The notes under the pieces: generated by a model
The model's database searches: none
What the model was told of the DNA's origin: nothing
The model's input: only the letters and a program-made list of their open reading frames with translations
Made by a program: the position numbers and the translations under genes
Source of the DNA: Candidatus Spongiisociaceae bacterium
Lineage (GTDB): Bacteria > Actinomycetota > Acidimicrobiia > Spongiisociales > Spongiisociaceae
Length of the DNA: 64,000 nt
Direction of reading: 5' to 3'
Assembly: GCA_965219685.1 (NCBI GenBank)
Contig: CBDCOH010000002.1
Coordinates: forward strand, 3,712,001 to 3,776,000
Shown here: positions 47,513-57,560 of the stretch, in pieces
How the letters are laid out: every line of letters begins with the position of its first letter
How positions within the stretch are numbered: the first letter of the stretch is position 1

Positions 47513-47585
47513 GAAACGACCACCCGCCGCGGACGGTTATTACGCACCCCGGCTGGGCCTGATCGCCGGGCGAGCGTAGCTCCGG

Positions 47586-48848
47586 CTATTCGAACAGGAC
47601 CGTCTCGACCGTCTCGATACGTCCGTCCGGGGTGAAGCGCCAGACCTCGATGTGGCCTCGTCGCAGGTCACCATTCCCGTCCCAATCCAGCGAGGAGGCG
47701 ACTCCTTCGTAGTCGACCTCCCGGCCGTCGGCCAGCAGCCGCAGCGCCTCCGCCACTCCCGCCGCGGTGCCGAGAACGACCTCGCCCGGTGGACCGCCGA
47801 TGTCTCGCAGACGGTCGCGGATGGCGGCGCCGTCGAGACTCCCGGCGGCCTGCGCCGCGAGGGCCAGCGCGACGGTGGCGTCGTAGGTCTCCCTGACGTA
47901 GGTCATGACAGGCAGTGCGCCGAACTCAGCCAGGAACGAGGCCTCCCAGGCGGGGCCGGCGACGCTGTCGGGGCTCGGCGCTCCGGCCGTACCGTACATG
48001 CCCCCCAGCACGTCGCCTCCGATCTCCTCGACCAGCCGGGGCCTCCTGGCGGCGTCGCCGAACAGGAAGTGGGTGAAGATACCCTCGTCGAGGGCCTCGC
48101 GGACGATGCCGAGAGCGTGACTGCCGAAGGTCACGACCACCAGCGCCTGCGCTCCGGCGCTGGCACTCTGTCGCAACTCGGGCAGGTAGGACGGCTGGCC
48201 GTCGACGACTGCCACAGCCTCAAGCCCTCCGTCCCATGCCTCCGCGAAGCTACCCGCCAGCCCTCGTCCATAAGGGTCGTCGAAATAGATGAGGCCAACG
48301 TTGTCGAAGCCCCGATCCCTGGTGACCCGCGCCAGCACCGGGCCCTGGGCCGTGTCGGAGAGGGTGGTGCGGAAGAAGAAGTCGCTGTCCGCAGCTTCCG
48401 TCAGCCGGGGAGAGGTCGCCGATGGGCTGATGGTGGGAATGGCGGCGGGGCCGGTCACGTTCTCCACGACTGCCAGGGACGCCGCACTCGAGTTGGGGCC
48501 GACGATGGCGTGGACGCCGTCGGCGATCAGGCCCTGCGCCGCCTCGATCGCCGGACCCGGGGTGCGGGTTGCGTCCCGGATCAATCCCTCCACCGGATGG
48601 CCGAGCACCCCGCCTCCGTCGTTGATGTGCCGGATGGCCAGGTCGAAGCCGCGCTGCCGGTCGGCCGAGACGTCGGGAGCGCCGGAGTAGTCGAGCATGA
48701 GGGCGATCTTCATCGGTTCGGACCGGTCCGCCCGGTCGCAACCGGGAACGAGCAGAGCGACCAACATGGCGCAGACGGTTACCCAGCGAGTCAGGCGCAA
48801 TCTACCTACGGACACACCCGCCCTCCCGTACGCCGGTTCCGATAACAA
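47586..48848 (-). CDS. Branched-chain amino acid (LivK-like) ABC substrate-binding protein
   Basis: INDGGGVLG, ISPSATSPRLT, FFRT, YDA; start codon uncertain. Confidence 0.85.
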   Translation of the reverse strand: MLSEPAYGRAGVSVGRLRLTRWVTVCAMLVALLVPGCDRADRSEPMKIALMLDYSGAPDVSADRQRGFDLAIRHINDGGGVLGHPVEGLIRDATRTPGPAIEAAQGLIADGVHAIVGPNSSAASLAVVENVTGPAAIPTISPSATSPRLTEAADSDFFFRTTLSDTAQGPVLARVTRDRGFDNVGLIYFDDPYGRGLAGSFAEAWDGGLEAVAVVDGQPSYLPELRQSASAGAQALVVVTFGSHALGIVREALDEGIFTHFLFGDAARRPRLVEEIGGDVLGGMYGTAGAPSPDSVAGPAWEASFLAEFGALPVMTYVRETYDATVALALAAQAAGSLDGAAIRDRLRDIGGPPGEVVLGTAAGVAEALRLLADGREVDYEGVASSLDWDGNGDLRRGHIEVWRFTPDGRIETVETVLFE

Positions 48849-49265
48849 ACGAGGACGCCGAACACCATGATCGCTCCTGCAACTCTAGACGAGTAGTTCC
48901 AAGCCATCCCGGCCGGAAGTGATCACACTAACCTAGCGGTGTACAACGCCGCACAACACAGCTGTGACTCGTATGTGTCAGTCTATCTTGCCACCGGTCA
49001 CCCATCTTCCATCCCGGGGGCTGCCACTTCGTGAAGAGTCACCCGCGGCGCAAGGCGCGAGACCCGAACAGTGCTATGGAGGATGGTAAATAATTCGATC
49101 CAGGTTTAACCATCGGAAACCAACTAGAAACTACAGACTACCGACTAGGAACTATTCATCTAGTTCTCCTACCACCACCCCCTGTGGCCCGAGGTCCGCG
49201 GACATCCGTTCCCCCGGCAGTCGGGGGCGGTCAAGCCTGGCGCATTCCGGCGGTAGCCTGGCGCT

Positions 49266-49901
49266 ATGCGGCCCACCGTGATGATGAAGGCGGCGATGAC
49301 CCTGGATGGTCAGTTGGCCGCCGCCGACGGAACCTCCCAGTGGATCAGTTCGCCTGAGGCCCGCCGCGATGCTCACCGGCTGAGGGCCGAGGTCGATGCC
49401 GTGATGGTGGGAGCCGGCACGGTCAGGGCCGACGACCCACGGCTGACGGTGAGGCTCGATACCAGCAGCGAGAACGGGACCGAGCAGCCGGTCCCGGTGA
49501 TCGTCGCAGGGCGGCAAGGGTTGCCTCCCGGGGCGCACCTGTTCGGGCGGGATCCGATCGTGCTGGCGCCCGGTCCTCTTCAGGTTCCCGGCCGGGTGAT
49601 CGTGGCGCCAGACGACTCGGCCGACAGTGTGGACCTGGCGACGGGTCTGGGCAGGCTCGGCCCGCTCGGCGTGGGGTCGGTCATGGTCGAGGGGGGAGCG
49701 ATGCTGTTCCGCTCTTTGCTGGACGCCGGTCTCGTCGACCGCGGCGTTCTCTATTACGGTCCGATGCTTGCCGGTGGCGTGGGCGCCCCGCTGTTCCGGG
49801 GTACGTGGAAAACCCTGGCGGATGCCCGGCCGGTCCGGGTCAGGGCAATCCGGCGCCTGGGCGAGTCGATCAGGGTCGACATCGAGATCGGGAAGGGGTA
49901 G
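49266..49901 (+). CDS. RibD C-terminal reductase domain protein (no deaminase domain)
   Basis: KAAMTLDGQLA, WISS, VGAGTVRADDPRLTVR, VMVEGG. Confidence 0.88.
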   Translation: MRPTVMMKAAMTLDGQLAAADGTSQWISSPEARRDAHRLRAEVDAVMVGAGTVRADDPRLTVRLDTSSENGTEQPVPVIVAGRQGLPPGAHLFGRDPIVLAPGPLQVPGRVIVAPDDSADSVDLATGLGRLGPLGVGSVMVEGGAMLFRSLLDAGLVDRGVLYYGPMLAGGVGAPLFRGTWKTLADARPVRVRAIRRLGESIRVDIEIGKG

Positions 49902-49996
49902 CAGCGCGACGTGCTGCCCCGGAGGCGGGGCCGATCCCGCTGGGGCGCAATCAACTGCACCAGCCTGCCACGCCTTCCCCAGATGGTCCGTTCTCG

Positions 49997-50908
49997 TCAG
50001 GGGGTGTCCGTCCGTAGGTCGCTTCGTGGCACTCCGGAAGCGGCGGGGGCCGGTCCCGTCGACGCAGCGACGGGAGGGCGAGCCAGGCTCCGGAACCAGT
50101 ACAGGTCTCTTCCCCCGGCCCGCGGCACGCGTTCCGCCCTCACTCCGAACACGGGTTCCAGCACCTCCGGTACCAAGACCGCCTCGGTAGCCCCGGCCGC
50201 TCGGACGCGACCACCCTGCAGCACGACGATGTGATCGCAGTACTCCGCCGCCAGATTCACGTCATGGATCGATATGAGGGTGGTCACGCCCACGGAACGG
50301 ACGAGATCGAGGACCTCCAGTTGGTAGCGGATGTCGAGGTGGTTGGTGGGTTCGTCGAGGATCAAAACGCGCGCCTCCTGGACGAGAGCGCGCGCGACCA
50401 GCGCCCGTTGCTTCTCCCCCCCGGACAGGGTGCCGAACGACCGAATCGCCAGCGCCGCAATGCCCACCTGAGCGAGAGCGTCGTCGACGCGTCTGCGGTC
50501 CTCGGCGGATTCCCCGGCGAAGGCCGGCTGGTACGGGCTGCGTCCCATCGCGACCACTTCCCGCACGGTGAACTCGAAGTCGGTCCTCGGCTCCTGCACG
50601 ACGACGGCGATGCGCCTGGCGGCTTCGAGCGGGCGCAACTCCCACAGGTCGTCCTCGCCCACCACTACGTGCCCGAGCCGCGGTCGCAGCATCCGGTACG
50701 CGGCTCTTAGCAGCGTGGTCTTGCCGCTGCCGTTCGGCCCGACGATCCCCACGACCTGGCCAGGGTCGACCGCCAGGCTGACCTCGGAGCAGATCTCGAC
50801 CGAGCCCACCGCCACCGTCACGCCGGACAGCCTCAGCGACAGTGGGGTGGGCCCGGCATCGTTCGGCGGTGGCTCGGGAATGCCGGCCTCCGAGTGGTCA
50901 CCGGGCAT
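49997..50908 (-). CDS. Iron-complex/B12 ABC ATPase
   Basis: GPNGSGKTT, LSGGEKQR, DEPTNHLD. Confidence 0.9.
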   Translation of the reverse strand: MPGDHSEAGIPEPPPNDAGPTPLSLRLSGVTVAVGSVEICSEVSLAVDPGQVVGIVGPNGSGKTTLLRAAYRMLRPRLGHVVVGEDDLWELRPLEAARRIAVVVQEPRTDFEFTVREVVAMGRSPYQPAFAGESAEDRRRVDDALAQVGIAALAIRSFGTLSGGEKQRALVARALVQEARVLILDEPTNHLDIRYQLEVLDLVRSVGVTTLISIHDVNLAAEYCDHIVVLQGGRVRAAGATEAVLVPEVLEPVFGVRAERVPRAGGRDLYWFRSLARPPVAASTGPAPAASGVPRSDLRTDTP

Positions 50909-52001
50909 GGCCGGATCCTCGTAGCCGGGAGCGGAGGAGCAGGGCGAAGACCGGCGCGCCGACAAGGGCGGTTATCACCCCGATAGGCAGCTCGCGTGGC
51001 GCGATCACCAGCCGCGCGACCACGTCCGACCACAGCAGGAAGAGCGCCCCGACGAGGGCCGCGAGCGGGAGGGCCCGGCGGTGGTCGGATCCCACCACCA
51101 TCCGCGCCGCATGCGGTATGACGAGCCCCACGAACCCCACCCCGCCGGCCAGCGCGACCGAGGTGCCGGTCAGGAGCGCGACGACCACGAAGAGAACGCG
51201 GCGGAGACGATCCGGGGGCACACCCATGCTCGTCGCAGTCTCGTCGCCGAAGAGAAGCAGGTTCAGCGCCCGAGCCCGGGCCAGGAGATAGACGAGCCCG
51301 ATGACGAGGAGAACGGCCGGCAGCCCCAGCCGGTCCCACCGCGCGCCGCCCAGCGCGCCGAGCATCCAGAAGAGCGCGAGGCGTGCCGTCTGGCTCTGCT
51401 CGCTGATGAAGATGAGCATGCTGGTGAGGGCCGAGAAGAGGAAGCTCACCGCGATCCCGGCGAGCACCATGCGCAACGGACTGAGGCCACCCGACGAATT
51501 CGCCAGCAGGAACGCCAGTCCGTAGCCGACGAGGCCACCCGCGAACGCGGCAACCGGCAGCGTGTAGGTTCCCGCAAACGCCCAGCCGAGCACCATGACG
51601 CTCACTGCGCCGACTGCTGCGCCAGACGTCCCTCCGAGGATCGTGGGGTCAGCCAGCGGGTTCCGCACCATCGCCTGGAGCACTGCGCCGACCACGGCGA
51701 GCGTTGCCCCGACCAGCACGGCGAGGAGCGCGCGCGGGAGACGGACGTACCACACGATCCGCTCGTGAGCGGCCAGCCAGTCGGCCGGTACCGCGTCGGG
51801 CCGGAGCTGGTGGATCCCGATCCGCCACGCCGTCCCGGGGGAGATGTCCGCCGGCCCCAGGGTCACTGCCAGCACGATCGACAAGGCCAGGGCGACGCAG
51901 AGCGCCACCAGCACCGCCGCCAAGCCGAGCCCCGCCATCCCGCGACGGCGCCCGACGTCGTCCTGTGAACGGGCCGGCCCGGTTCTCTGGGATGACCTCA
52001 T
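50898..52001 (-). CDS. FecCD-family ABC permease
   Basis: RLPRALLA, RNPLADP, GFVGLVIPH, ELPIGVIT. Confidence 0.92.
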   Translation of the reverse strand: MRSSQRTGPARSQDDVGRRRGMAGLGLAAVLVALCVALALSIVLAVTLGPADISPGTAWRIGIHQLRPDAVPADWLAAHERIVWYVRLPRALLAVLVGATLAVVGAVLQAMVRNPLADPTILGGTSGAAVGAVSVMVLGWAFAGTYTLPVAAFAGGLVGYGLAFLLANSSGGLSPLRMVLAGIAVSFLFSALTSMLIFISEQSQTARLALFWMLGALGGARWDRLGLPAVLLVIGLVYLLARARALNLLLFGDETATSMGVPPDRLRRVLFVVVALLTGTSVALAGGVGFVGLVIPHAARMVVGSDHRRALPLAALVGALFLLWSDVVARLVIAPRELPIGVITALVGAPVFALLLRSRLRGSGHAR

Positions 52002-53329
52002 AATTCGGCCGTCCGCCAGGTCCCCTGGCGGTAGCGCCACCAGGCCCCGGCACTCCGCATCGCGAAGTAGGCGATCCCTGCGATGTAGATGCCGGGAAGA
52101 CCCCAACCGGCCTCGACGGCGAGCAGCCACGCCAGCGGCACCATTACCAGGTAGCTGGAAGCCGTTGACGTGTAGAAGACCCACTTCGAGTCACCGGCGG
52201 CGCGCAGCACCGCGGCCAGCACCATACTCGTGGCCATGAGCGGCACCTGCATAGCCAGGAAGGGAAGGGCCCGCACGGCCTGCGCCACCACTTCTCCATC
52301 GGGGGTCAGCAGGTGCAGGATCGTGGACGGCGCGACGAGCACCGGCGCCAGGACGATCGCCGGCAGCGCGATCATCAGCAGCAACCCGGCCCGCTCGGTC
52401 AGCGCCACCGAGCGCTCGTCGAGGCTGCCGAGGCTCTGCCCGACGAGGATGGACACGCCTGTCGAGAGCGCCCAGATCATCGTCCAGAGAACGTGCTGTA
52501 CGTTGGCGACTACCTGCATACCGGCGATGACCACGGTGCCGAGCGACGCGACGGTCCCGAGCACGAGGACGTTGCTGACGTAGCCCAGGAAGAGCATGAC
52601 CGTCTCGGGCCAACCGATCGACCACAGCCGGGGAAGCACCGTCCGAGCCTCGTGCAGGTGCGCGATTCGGAACAGCTCGTATCTGACCCGGAACCTCGTC
52701 CAGCCGAACCGGGCCATGTAGGCGCAGCCGACGGTCACGGCGATCACGGTCCCGACACCGGCGCCGAGGAGATCCCAGCCGACCACGAAGATCAGGACGT
52801 AGTTCAGCGGGACGTTGATCAGGTTTACGAGGAGCGTCATACGCATTGCCACCTTGGTCTCCCCCACGCCCGCGTAGACGGCGCGGAACATGGCCGTGAC
52901 GGCCGCGAGGGGTGCGGCGAGGGCGAGCACACGGAGATACGGCACACCCTCGGCCCGTACAGCCTCGCTCACATCGAACACTGCGAGGAGGGAACCCGCG
53001 CCGATGCTCAGGGCGAGGAGGACCAGGAGGCCGGCGCCGAGACCGACGACCATCGACACGTCCAGCAACTGCCCCACGGCGGCCGGACGACTCTCGCCGT
53101 ACCGTCGGGCGGCGATCGCCTGTGCGGCGGTCGCCCACCCGCTGAACAGCATGCCCGCCGCGATGTTCACGGACGAGGCGACGGCCGCTGCCGCCAGTGC
53201 CTCGGTGGAGACACGGCTGATCATGGCGGTGTCGACGACTCCGAGCAGGATCTGCGACAGGTTGCCGACGATGATCGGCGAACTCAGGGCGAGGACGCGC
53301 TTCAGCGCGGCTCCCTGAGGCGTCGTCAC
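51998..53329 (-). CDS. MATE family transporter
   Basis: VDTAMI, GETKVAM, NVPLNY, VGQSLG, LRAAGD. Confidence 0.88.
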   Translation of the reverse strand: MTTPQGAALKRVLALSSPIIVGNLSQILLGVVDTAMISRVSTEALAAAAVASSVNIAAGMLFSGWATAAQAIAARRYGESRPAAVGQLLDVSMVVGLGAGLLVLLALSIGAGSLLAVFDVSEAVRAEGVPYLRVLALAAPLAAVTAMFRAVYAGVGETKVAMRMTLLVNLINVPLNYVLIFVVGWDLLGAGVGTVIAVTVGCAYMARFGWTRFRVRYELFRIAHLHEARTVLPRLWSIGWPETVMLFLGYVSNVLVLGTVASLGTVVIAGMQVVANVQHVLWTMIWALSTGVSILVGQSLGSLDERSVALTERAGLLLMIALPAIVLAPVLVAPSTILHLLTPDGEVVAQAVRALPFLAMQVPLMATSMVLAAVLRAAGDSKWVFYTSTASSYLVMVPLAWLLAVEAGWGLPGIYIAGIAYFAMRSAGAWWRYRQGTWRTAEL

Positions 53330-53414
53330 CGTGACGGCGGCTTCGACGGAGGTGGCGAGTGCTCAGTCGTCCGGATGAGCGGAGACTCAGTCCTGCGGTG
53401 ACGCCTGCCGCCGG

Positions 53415-54548
53415 CTAACGAGCGGCGCTCACACTGCGCACCGCGGTCGCCACCTTTGTGAGGCCGTCGAGATTCTGTGGGCCGGGCACGCTCTGGAGAA
53501 ACGTCAGCGTCACGTAATGACCGTTCACGACCGCCGGCATGCCTGACAGGGCCGGGTTGGACTCGAGGAAGTCGCGGTTCGCAGCCGGACCACCGAAGCC
53601 GTAGTCGACGAGAATGATCAGTTCCGGGTCGCCCTCGACGACGCTCTCCCATTCCACCGTGCCCCACGTACCGCTGGCGTCCGCGAGGATGTTCACACCG
53701 CCGGCGCGGCTGATGATGTCCGACATCACGGAGCCGCCGAGCGCTGTGAACGGAGCCTCCTCACCCGAGTCGAAGTAGAAGACGCGGACCTGCTCGCCGG
53801 CGGGGATGGCCGCGGCGACGTCCTCGATCTGGCGCTCCCACGCGGCGATGAGTTCCTCGCCGCGGTCCTCGACCCCGAAGATCTGCGCCACGGCGCGGAC
53901 GTCGTTGAACATGACTTCGAGCGTGACCTTGCCCGCGAAGTCGGGGCAGGCCTCCGTGAACGAGAAACTGTGCACATCGGCGTCGCGCAGGTTCTGCGCC
54001 GTGAGACCCGCGCCCTCGTTGAATCCGTAGCTGAACACCAGATCGGGCCCGGGGGCGAGGACCGCCTCCAGCGAGGGGTACGGGAAGCTGCCACCCAGCC
54101 GCTCGACCAGCGCTGCTCGGGCCTGGTGCTGCGGTTGGAGCCGGTCGGGGGTGCCTCCGAAGTACCCGATGACGTGACCCTGCAACCCGAGAGACATCAA
54201 CACTTCCAGAGCGCTCGTGTCGGTGGCGACCACACGCTGCGGAACCGCGTCGTAGACGGTCTCCACGCTGCAGTTGCTGATCGTCACGCCGGGCGGATCG
54301 GGCATGGCGGTGGTCGTGGTGATCTGCGCCGTAGTCGTTGGCGTCGTCGTTGTGGTCGTCGGCTCGGGCATGGCGGTGGTCGTGGTGTTCTGCGTAGTCG
54401 AGGTCACGGCCGCCGCGGTGGGGGCGGGGGTTGCTGCCGTCTCCTCGCCGTCCGAGCAGGCCGCGGCGAAGAGCGCGATCATCAGGCTCAGCCCTCCCAG
54501 CAGCGCCAGTGGCTTGCGGCCGGATCGGTCCCATACTCTGTTCTTCAT
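53415..54548 (-). CDS. Iron-complex/cobalamin ABC substrate-binding lipoprotein
   Basis: AAAC lipobox, Thr-rich linker, PQRVV, PSLEAVLA..PDLV, AGGVNI, WESVVEGDP. Confidence 0.88.
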   Translation of the reverse strand: MKNRVWDRSGRKPLALLGGLSLMIALFAAACSDGEETAATPAPTAAAVTSTTQNTTTTAMPEPTTTTTTPTTTAQITTTTAMPDPPGVTISNCSVETVYDAVPQRVVATDTSALEVLMSLGLQGHVIGYFGGTPDRLQPQHQARAALVERLGGSFPYPSLEAVLAPGPDLVFSYGFNEGAGLTAQNLRDADVHSFSFTEACPDFAGKVTLEVMFNDVRAVAQIFGVEDRGEELIAAWERQIEDVAAAIPAGEQVRVFYFDSGEEAPFTALGGSVMSDIISRAGGVNILADASGTWGTVEWESVVEGDPELIILVDYGFGGPAANRDFLESNPALSGMPAVVNGHYVTLTFLQSVPGPQNLDGLTKVATAVRSVSAAR

Positions 54549-54628
54549 GTCTCCTCGACTTCGCTGTTGGCACCCCGGCGGCGTCCCGGCTTCCATCGGG
54601 CAGGCGCCGAGGACTGCCGGAGTATCAG

Positions 54629-54643
54629 GAATGATAATCATTC
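54629..54643. promoter_or_regulatory. Fur-like box
   Basis: Perfect palindrome GAATGAT-A-ATCATTC upstream of the SBP gene. Confidence 0.7.
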
Positions 54644-54686
54644 TAAATGATACAGGAAATGGAGGACGGAGGACCAGCGACGGAGA

Positions 54687-55499
54687 TCAACTCCGGCCGG
54701 GGCCGATCGGCAGGCAGATCACCCGACCGGATTCGGGGTCGGTGAAGATCTTCGCTGCTACCCCGAAGACCGTTCGCATCAGTTCGACGGTGAGCACTGC
54801 GGCGGGCGGACCGTCCGCCACGATCCGGCCACTGTCCACCACGACGACACGGTCTGCATAGTTCGCTGCGTGCAGGAGGTCGTGGAGCACCATGACGACC
54901 GTCATGTCGCCGCTCGCGCAGAGGGACGCAACGAGGTCGAGAACCTCGAACTGGTGCCGGATGTCGAGGAATGTGGTCGGCTCGTCCAGAAGCAGGGTGC
55001 CGGCGCCTTGCGCGAGAGCGAGCGCGATCCATGCGCGCTGGCGTTCGCCCCCGGAGAGTTCGTCCACGGGTCGCTCCGCGAAATCGGTCAAGCCGGTAAG
55101 CGTGAGCGCAGACTCCACGGCGAGTGTGCCCTCGGCGCCGAGTCGTCCGAACAGCCCGGTATGGGGGAAGCGGCCCAGCTCGACGAGCTCGCGAACGGTG
55201 AGGCCCGGTGGGCTCGATGGAGATTGGGGAAGGACGGATACCAGGCGGGCGATATCGCGGGATCCGAAGCTCCGGATGTCCTGCCCGTCGAGGAGCACGA
55301 CGCCGCTCCGCGCCGGAAGCAGCCGGGCCATCGCCCGGATCACCGTGGACTTCCCCGACCCGTTCGGCCCGACGATGGCGGTGATAGTGCCCTGCTGCAG
55401 CCCCAGGTCGAGGCCGTCGAGCACGATCCGCTTCCCGTAGCCGGCGCTGACCTGTGCCAGCTTGATGGGTTTGGCGTCGTTGATCCGGGGATGGTTCAT
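54687..55499 (-). CDS. Fe-siderophore ABC ATPase (FepC/FhuC-like)
   Basis: GPNGSGKST, LSGGERQRAWIA, DEPTTFLD. Confidence 0.92.
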   Translation of the reverse strand: MNHPRINDAKPIKLAQVSAGYGKRIVLDGLDLGLQQGTITAIVGPNGSGKSTVIRAMARLLPARSGVVLLDGQDIRSFGSRDIARLVSVLPQSPSSPPGLTVRELVELGRFPHTGLFGRLGAEGTLAVESALTLTGLTDFAERPVDELSGGERQRAWIALALAQGAGTLLLDEPTTFLDIRHQFEVLDLVASLCASGDMTVVMVLHDLLHAANYADRVVVVDSGRIVADGPPAAVLTVELMRTVFGVAAKIFTDPESGRVICLPIGPGRS

Positions 55500-56521
55500 C
55501 TGGTGCTCCGCCGGATCAGGAAAATGAGCAGTGGCGCCCCGAAGACGGCCAGGACGGCCCCGACCGGAAGGCCCACCCGGTAGGCCGAGGAGGGAATCGG
55601 TGGCTTGATGGAGAACGATTGGGCGACGAGGTCAGCCGCCAGCAGGAGCACGCAGCCGATGAGGGCGGCCAGCGGCAGGACACGGCGCGCGTCGGCGCCG
55701 ACGATGGCCCGGGCGGCGTTGGGCGCCATCAGGCCGACGAATGCGATAGCTCCGGAGACACTTACCGCCCCGGCGGCCAAGGCCGCGGCCAGCCCGAATA
55801 GCGCGACTCGGGCAGGCTGCAACGGGAGGCCGAGAGCGCGGCCTGACTCGTCGTCGAGCTGGAGCAGGTTCGCGGCCCGGGCGGCCAGCAACCCGGCTGC
55901 GATGCCGACGGCGGCCCATGGCAGCGCCAGCCAGACGTCGTCCCAGATGCGGCCATGCAGCGACCCGATGAGCCAGGAGAGGATGTTTCCAAGGGCGTAC
56001 GAAGAGCGCAGCATCACGATCGCGGTCAGCGATCCGAGGATCGCGTTGACGATTACTGCCGTGAGGATCAGTCGCAAGGGATCGATGCGTCCGCGCGCCG
56101 AACTCGCGAAGAGCACCAGTATCCCTCCCGCCAGGGCGCCGAGCAGCACGACGAACGGAAGCAACCGGCCGGGTTGAGGCAGGCCCCATGTGCCCGCGAG
56201 GAAGAGGACCGCAGCGAGAATCCCCCCGGTGGAGACACCGGTGAGTCCGGGCTCGGCGAGGCGATTGCGCATGACTACCTGCAGCAATGCCCCCGAGAGG
56301 CCCAGCATGCAACCCACCAGGAGTCCGAGGATCGCGCGAGGCAGCCGCAGATCCCAGACGATGGTCCGGTCCGTGGGGTCCGTCAATCCGTCCACGAGGG
56401 CGAGGATGACACGATCCGGTGGGATCCAGACGGTGCCCAGTCCGAGGTGGAGGATGAAGAGGGCGACTGCCGCAGCGCCGGCCGCCAGCATGAGGGCCAC
56501 GAACGAACGCGTCGATGTCAC
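55496..56521 (-). CDS. FecCD-family permease
   Basis: LRLPRA, RNRLAEPG, AFVGLMAP. Confidence 0.9.
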   Translation of the reverse strand: MTSTRSFVALMLAAGAAAVALFILHLGLGTVWIPPDRVILALVDGLTDPTDRTIVWDLRLPRAILGLLVGCMLGLSGALLQVVMRNRLAEPGLTGVSTGGILAAVLFLAGTWGLPQPGRLLPFVVLLGALAGGILVLFASSARGRIDPLRLILTAVIVNAILGSLTAIVMLRSSYALGNILSWLIGSLHGRIWDDVWLALPWAAVGIAAGLLAARAANLLQLDDESGRALGLPLQPARVALFGLAAALAAGAVSVSGAIAFVGLMAPNAARAIVGADARRVLPLAALIGCVLLLAADLVAQSFSIKPPIPSSAYRVGLPVGAVLAVFGAPLLIFLIRRSTR

Positions 56522-56522
56522 G

Positions 56523-57560
56523 TCAACGGGTCAGTCTCAGATTCGGGCGGCGGAGGAGCACGAGGATCATCGGAGCGGCCAGGAGGGTCGTGCACAGCCC
56601 CACGGGAAGCTCGCCCGGGTAGATCACGACCTTGGCAAGCACGTCGGACGCCACCAACAGCAGCGCGCCGATCAATGTGGCCGCCGGAAAGAGAAGCCTC
56701 GCATCCGGCCGTACGACTATCAGCCGAGCGATGTGTGGCGTCAGGAGCCCGACCCAGGCGATCGGCCCGGCGACGGCCACGATGCTCCCTACGAGCAACG
56801 CCGCCAGCGCGACGAAGACGCCGCGCATCCGCCTTGCCGGCATCCCCAGCGACGAGGTGACATCCTCGTCCAACTGGAGCACGTTGGCGCCCCGAGCGAG
56901 GAGGAAGGCTATCGGGATCCCCGCCAGCACCCACGGCCACACGAGCCGGACATGATCCCATGTCCTGCCCGAGAGGTTGCCGACCGTGAAGAGGAAGAAG
57001 ACCCGCACGGCGCCGGACGAGGCGGCGAGGCCGATTGTCGCCAGGATGATCCCGTGGAGGAGCGCCGCAACCGCGACACCGGTCAGCGCGGCTTCTACCG
57101 GTGATCGCGCGCCCCGCGATGCCACGAGGACGATCAGGCCTCCGCCGAGTCCCCCGGCAAGGGCCACCACGGGATGAAGCGCGAACAGGACCGGTGCGTT
57201 CAGCAGCAGGATGATCGCCATTGCCAGCGATGCGCCGGCCGACACGCCGAGCAGCCCCGGCGAGGCCAGCGGGTTCCTGAGAACGACCTGGAGGATGGCC
57301 CCGGATAGCCCGAGCGCCGCGCCGGCGAGCAGTGCCAGGATCAGGCGCGGCAGCCCCAACTCACGGACCACGAGCCGTTCGATCCGGCCGCCGGACTCGC
57401 CGAGCAGGATGCCGGGAAGTTGCCCTGGCGCCACTCTCGGCTCGACCATGCTCAGGTGGATCACGGCGAGGGCGGCAAGTGCCGCGAGGATCGCTCCGAC
57501 GGCGATCAGCCGTAACCAGGACCAGCCCGGAGCCGCTGCCGCGCCCGGGGGCGTGATCAA
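56523..57560 (-). CDS. FecCD-family permease
   Basis: LPRLIL, RNPLASPG, WVGLLTPH, ELPVG. Confidence 0.9.
   Translation of the reverse strand: MITPPGAAAAPGWSWLRLIAVGAILAALAALAVIHLSMVEPRVAPGQLPGILLGESGGRIERLVVRELGLPRLILALLAGAALGLSGAILQVVLRNPLASPGLLGVSAGASLAMAIILLLNAPVLFALHPVVALAGGLGGGLIVLVASRGARSPVEAALTGVAVAALLHGIILATIGLAASSGAVRVFFLFTVGNLSGRTWDHVRLVWPWVLAGIPIAFLLARGANVLQLDEDVTSSLGMPARRMRGVFVALAALLVGSIVAVAGPIAWVGLLTPHIARLIVVRPDARLLFPAATLIGALLLVASDVLAKVVIYPGELPVGLCTTLLAAPMILVLLRRPNLRLTR

Noticed and set aside
49170-49265. FMN riboswitch upstream of the RibD-like gene
   Set aside because: Only a short CCGGCGGTA resemblance; the other conserved RFN segments are absent and the gene looks leaderless (TAGCCT 6 nt before ATG).
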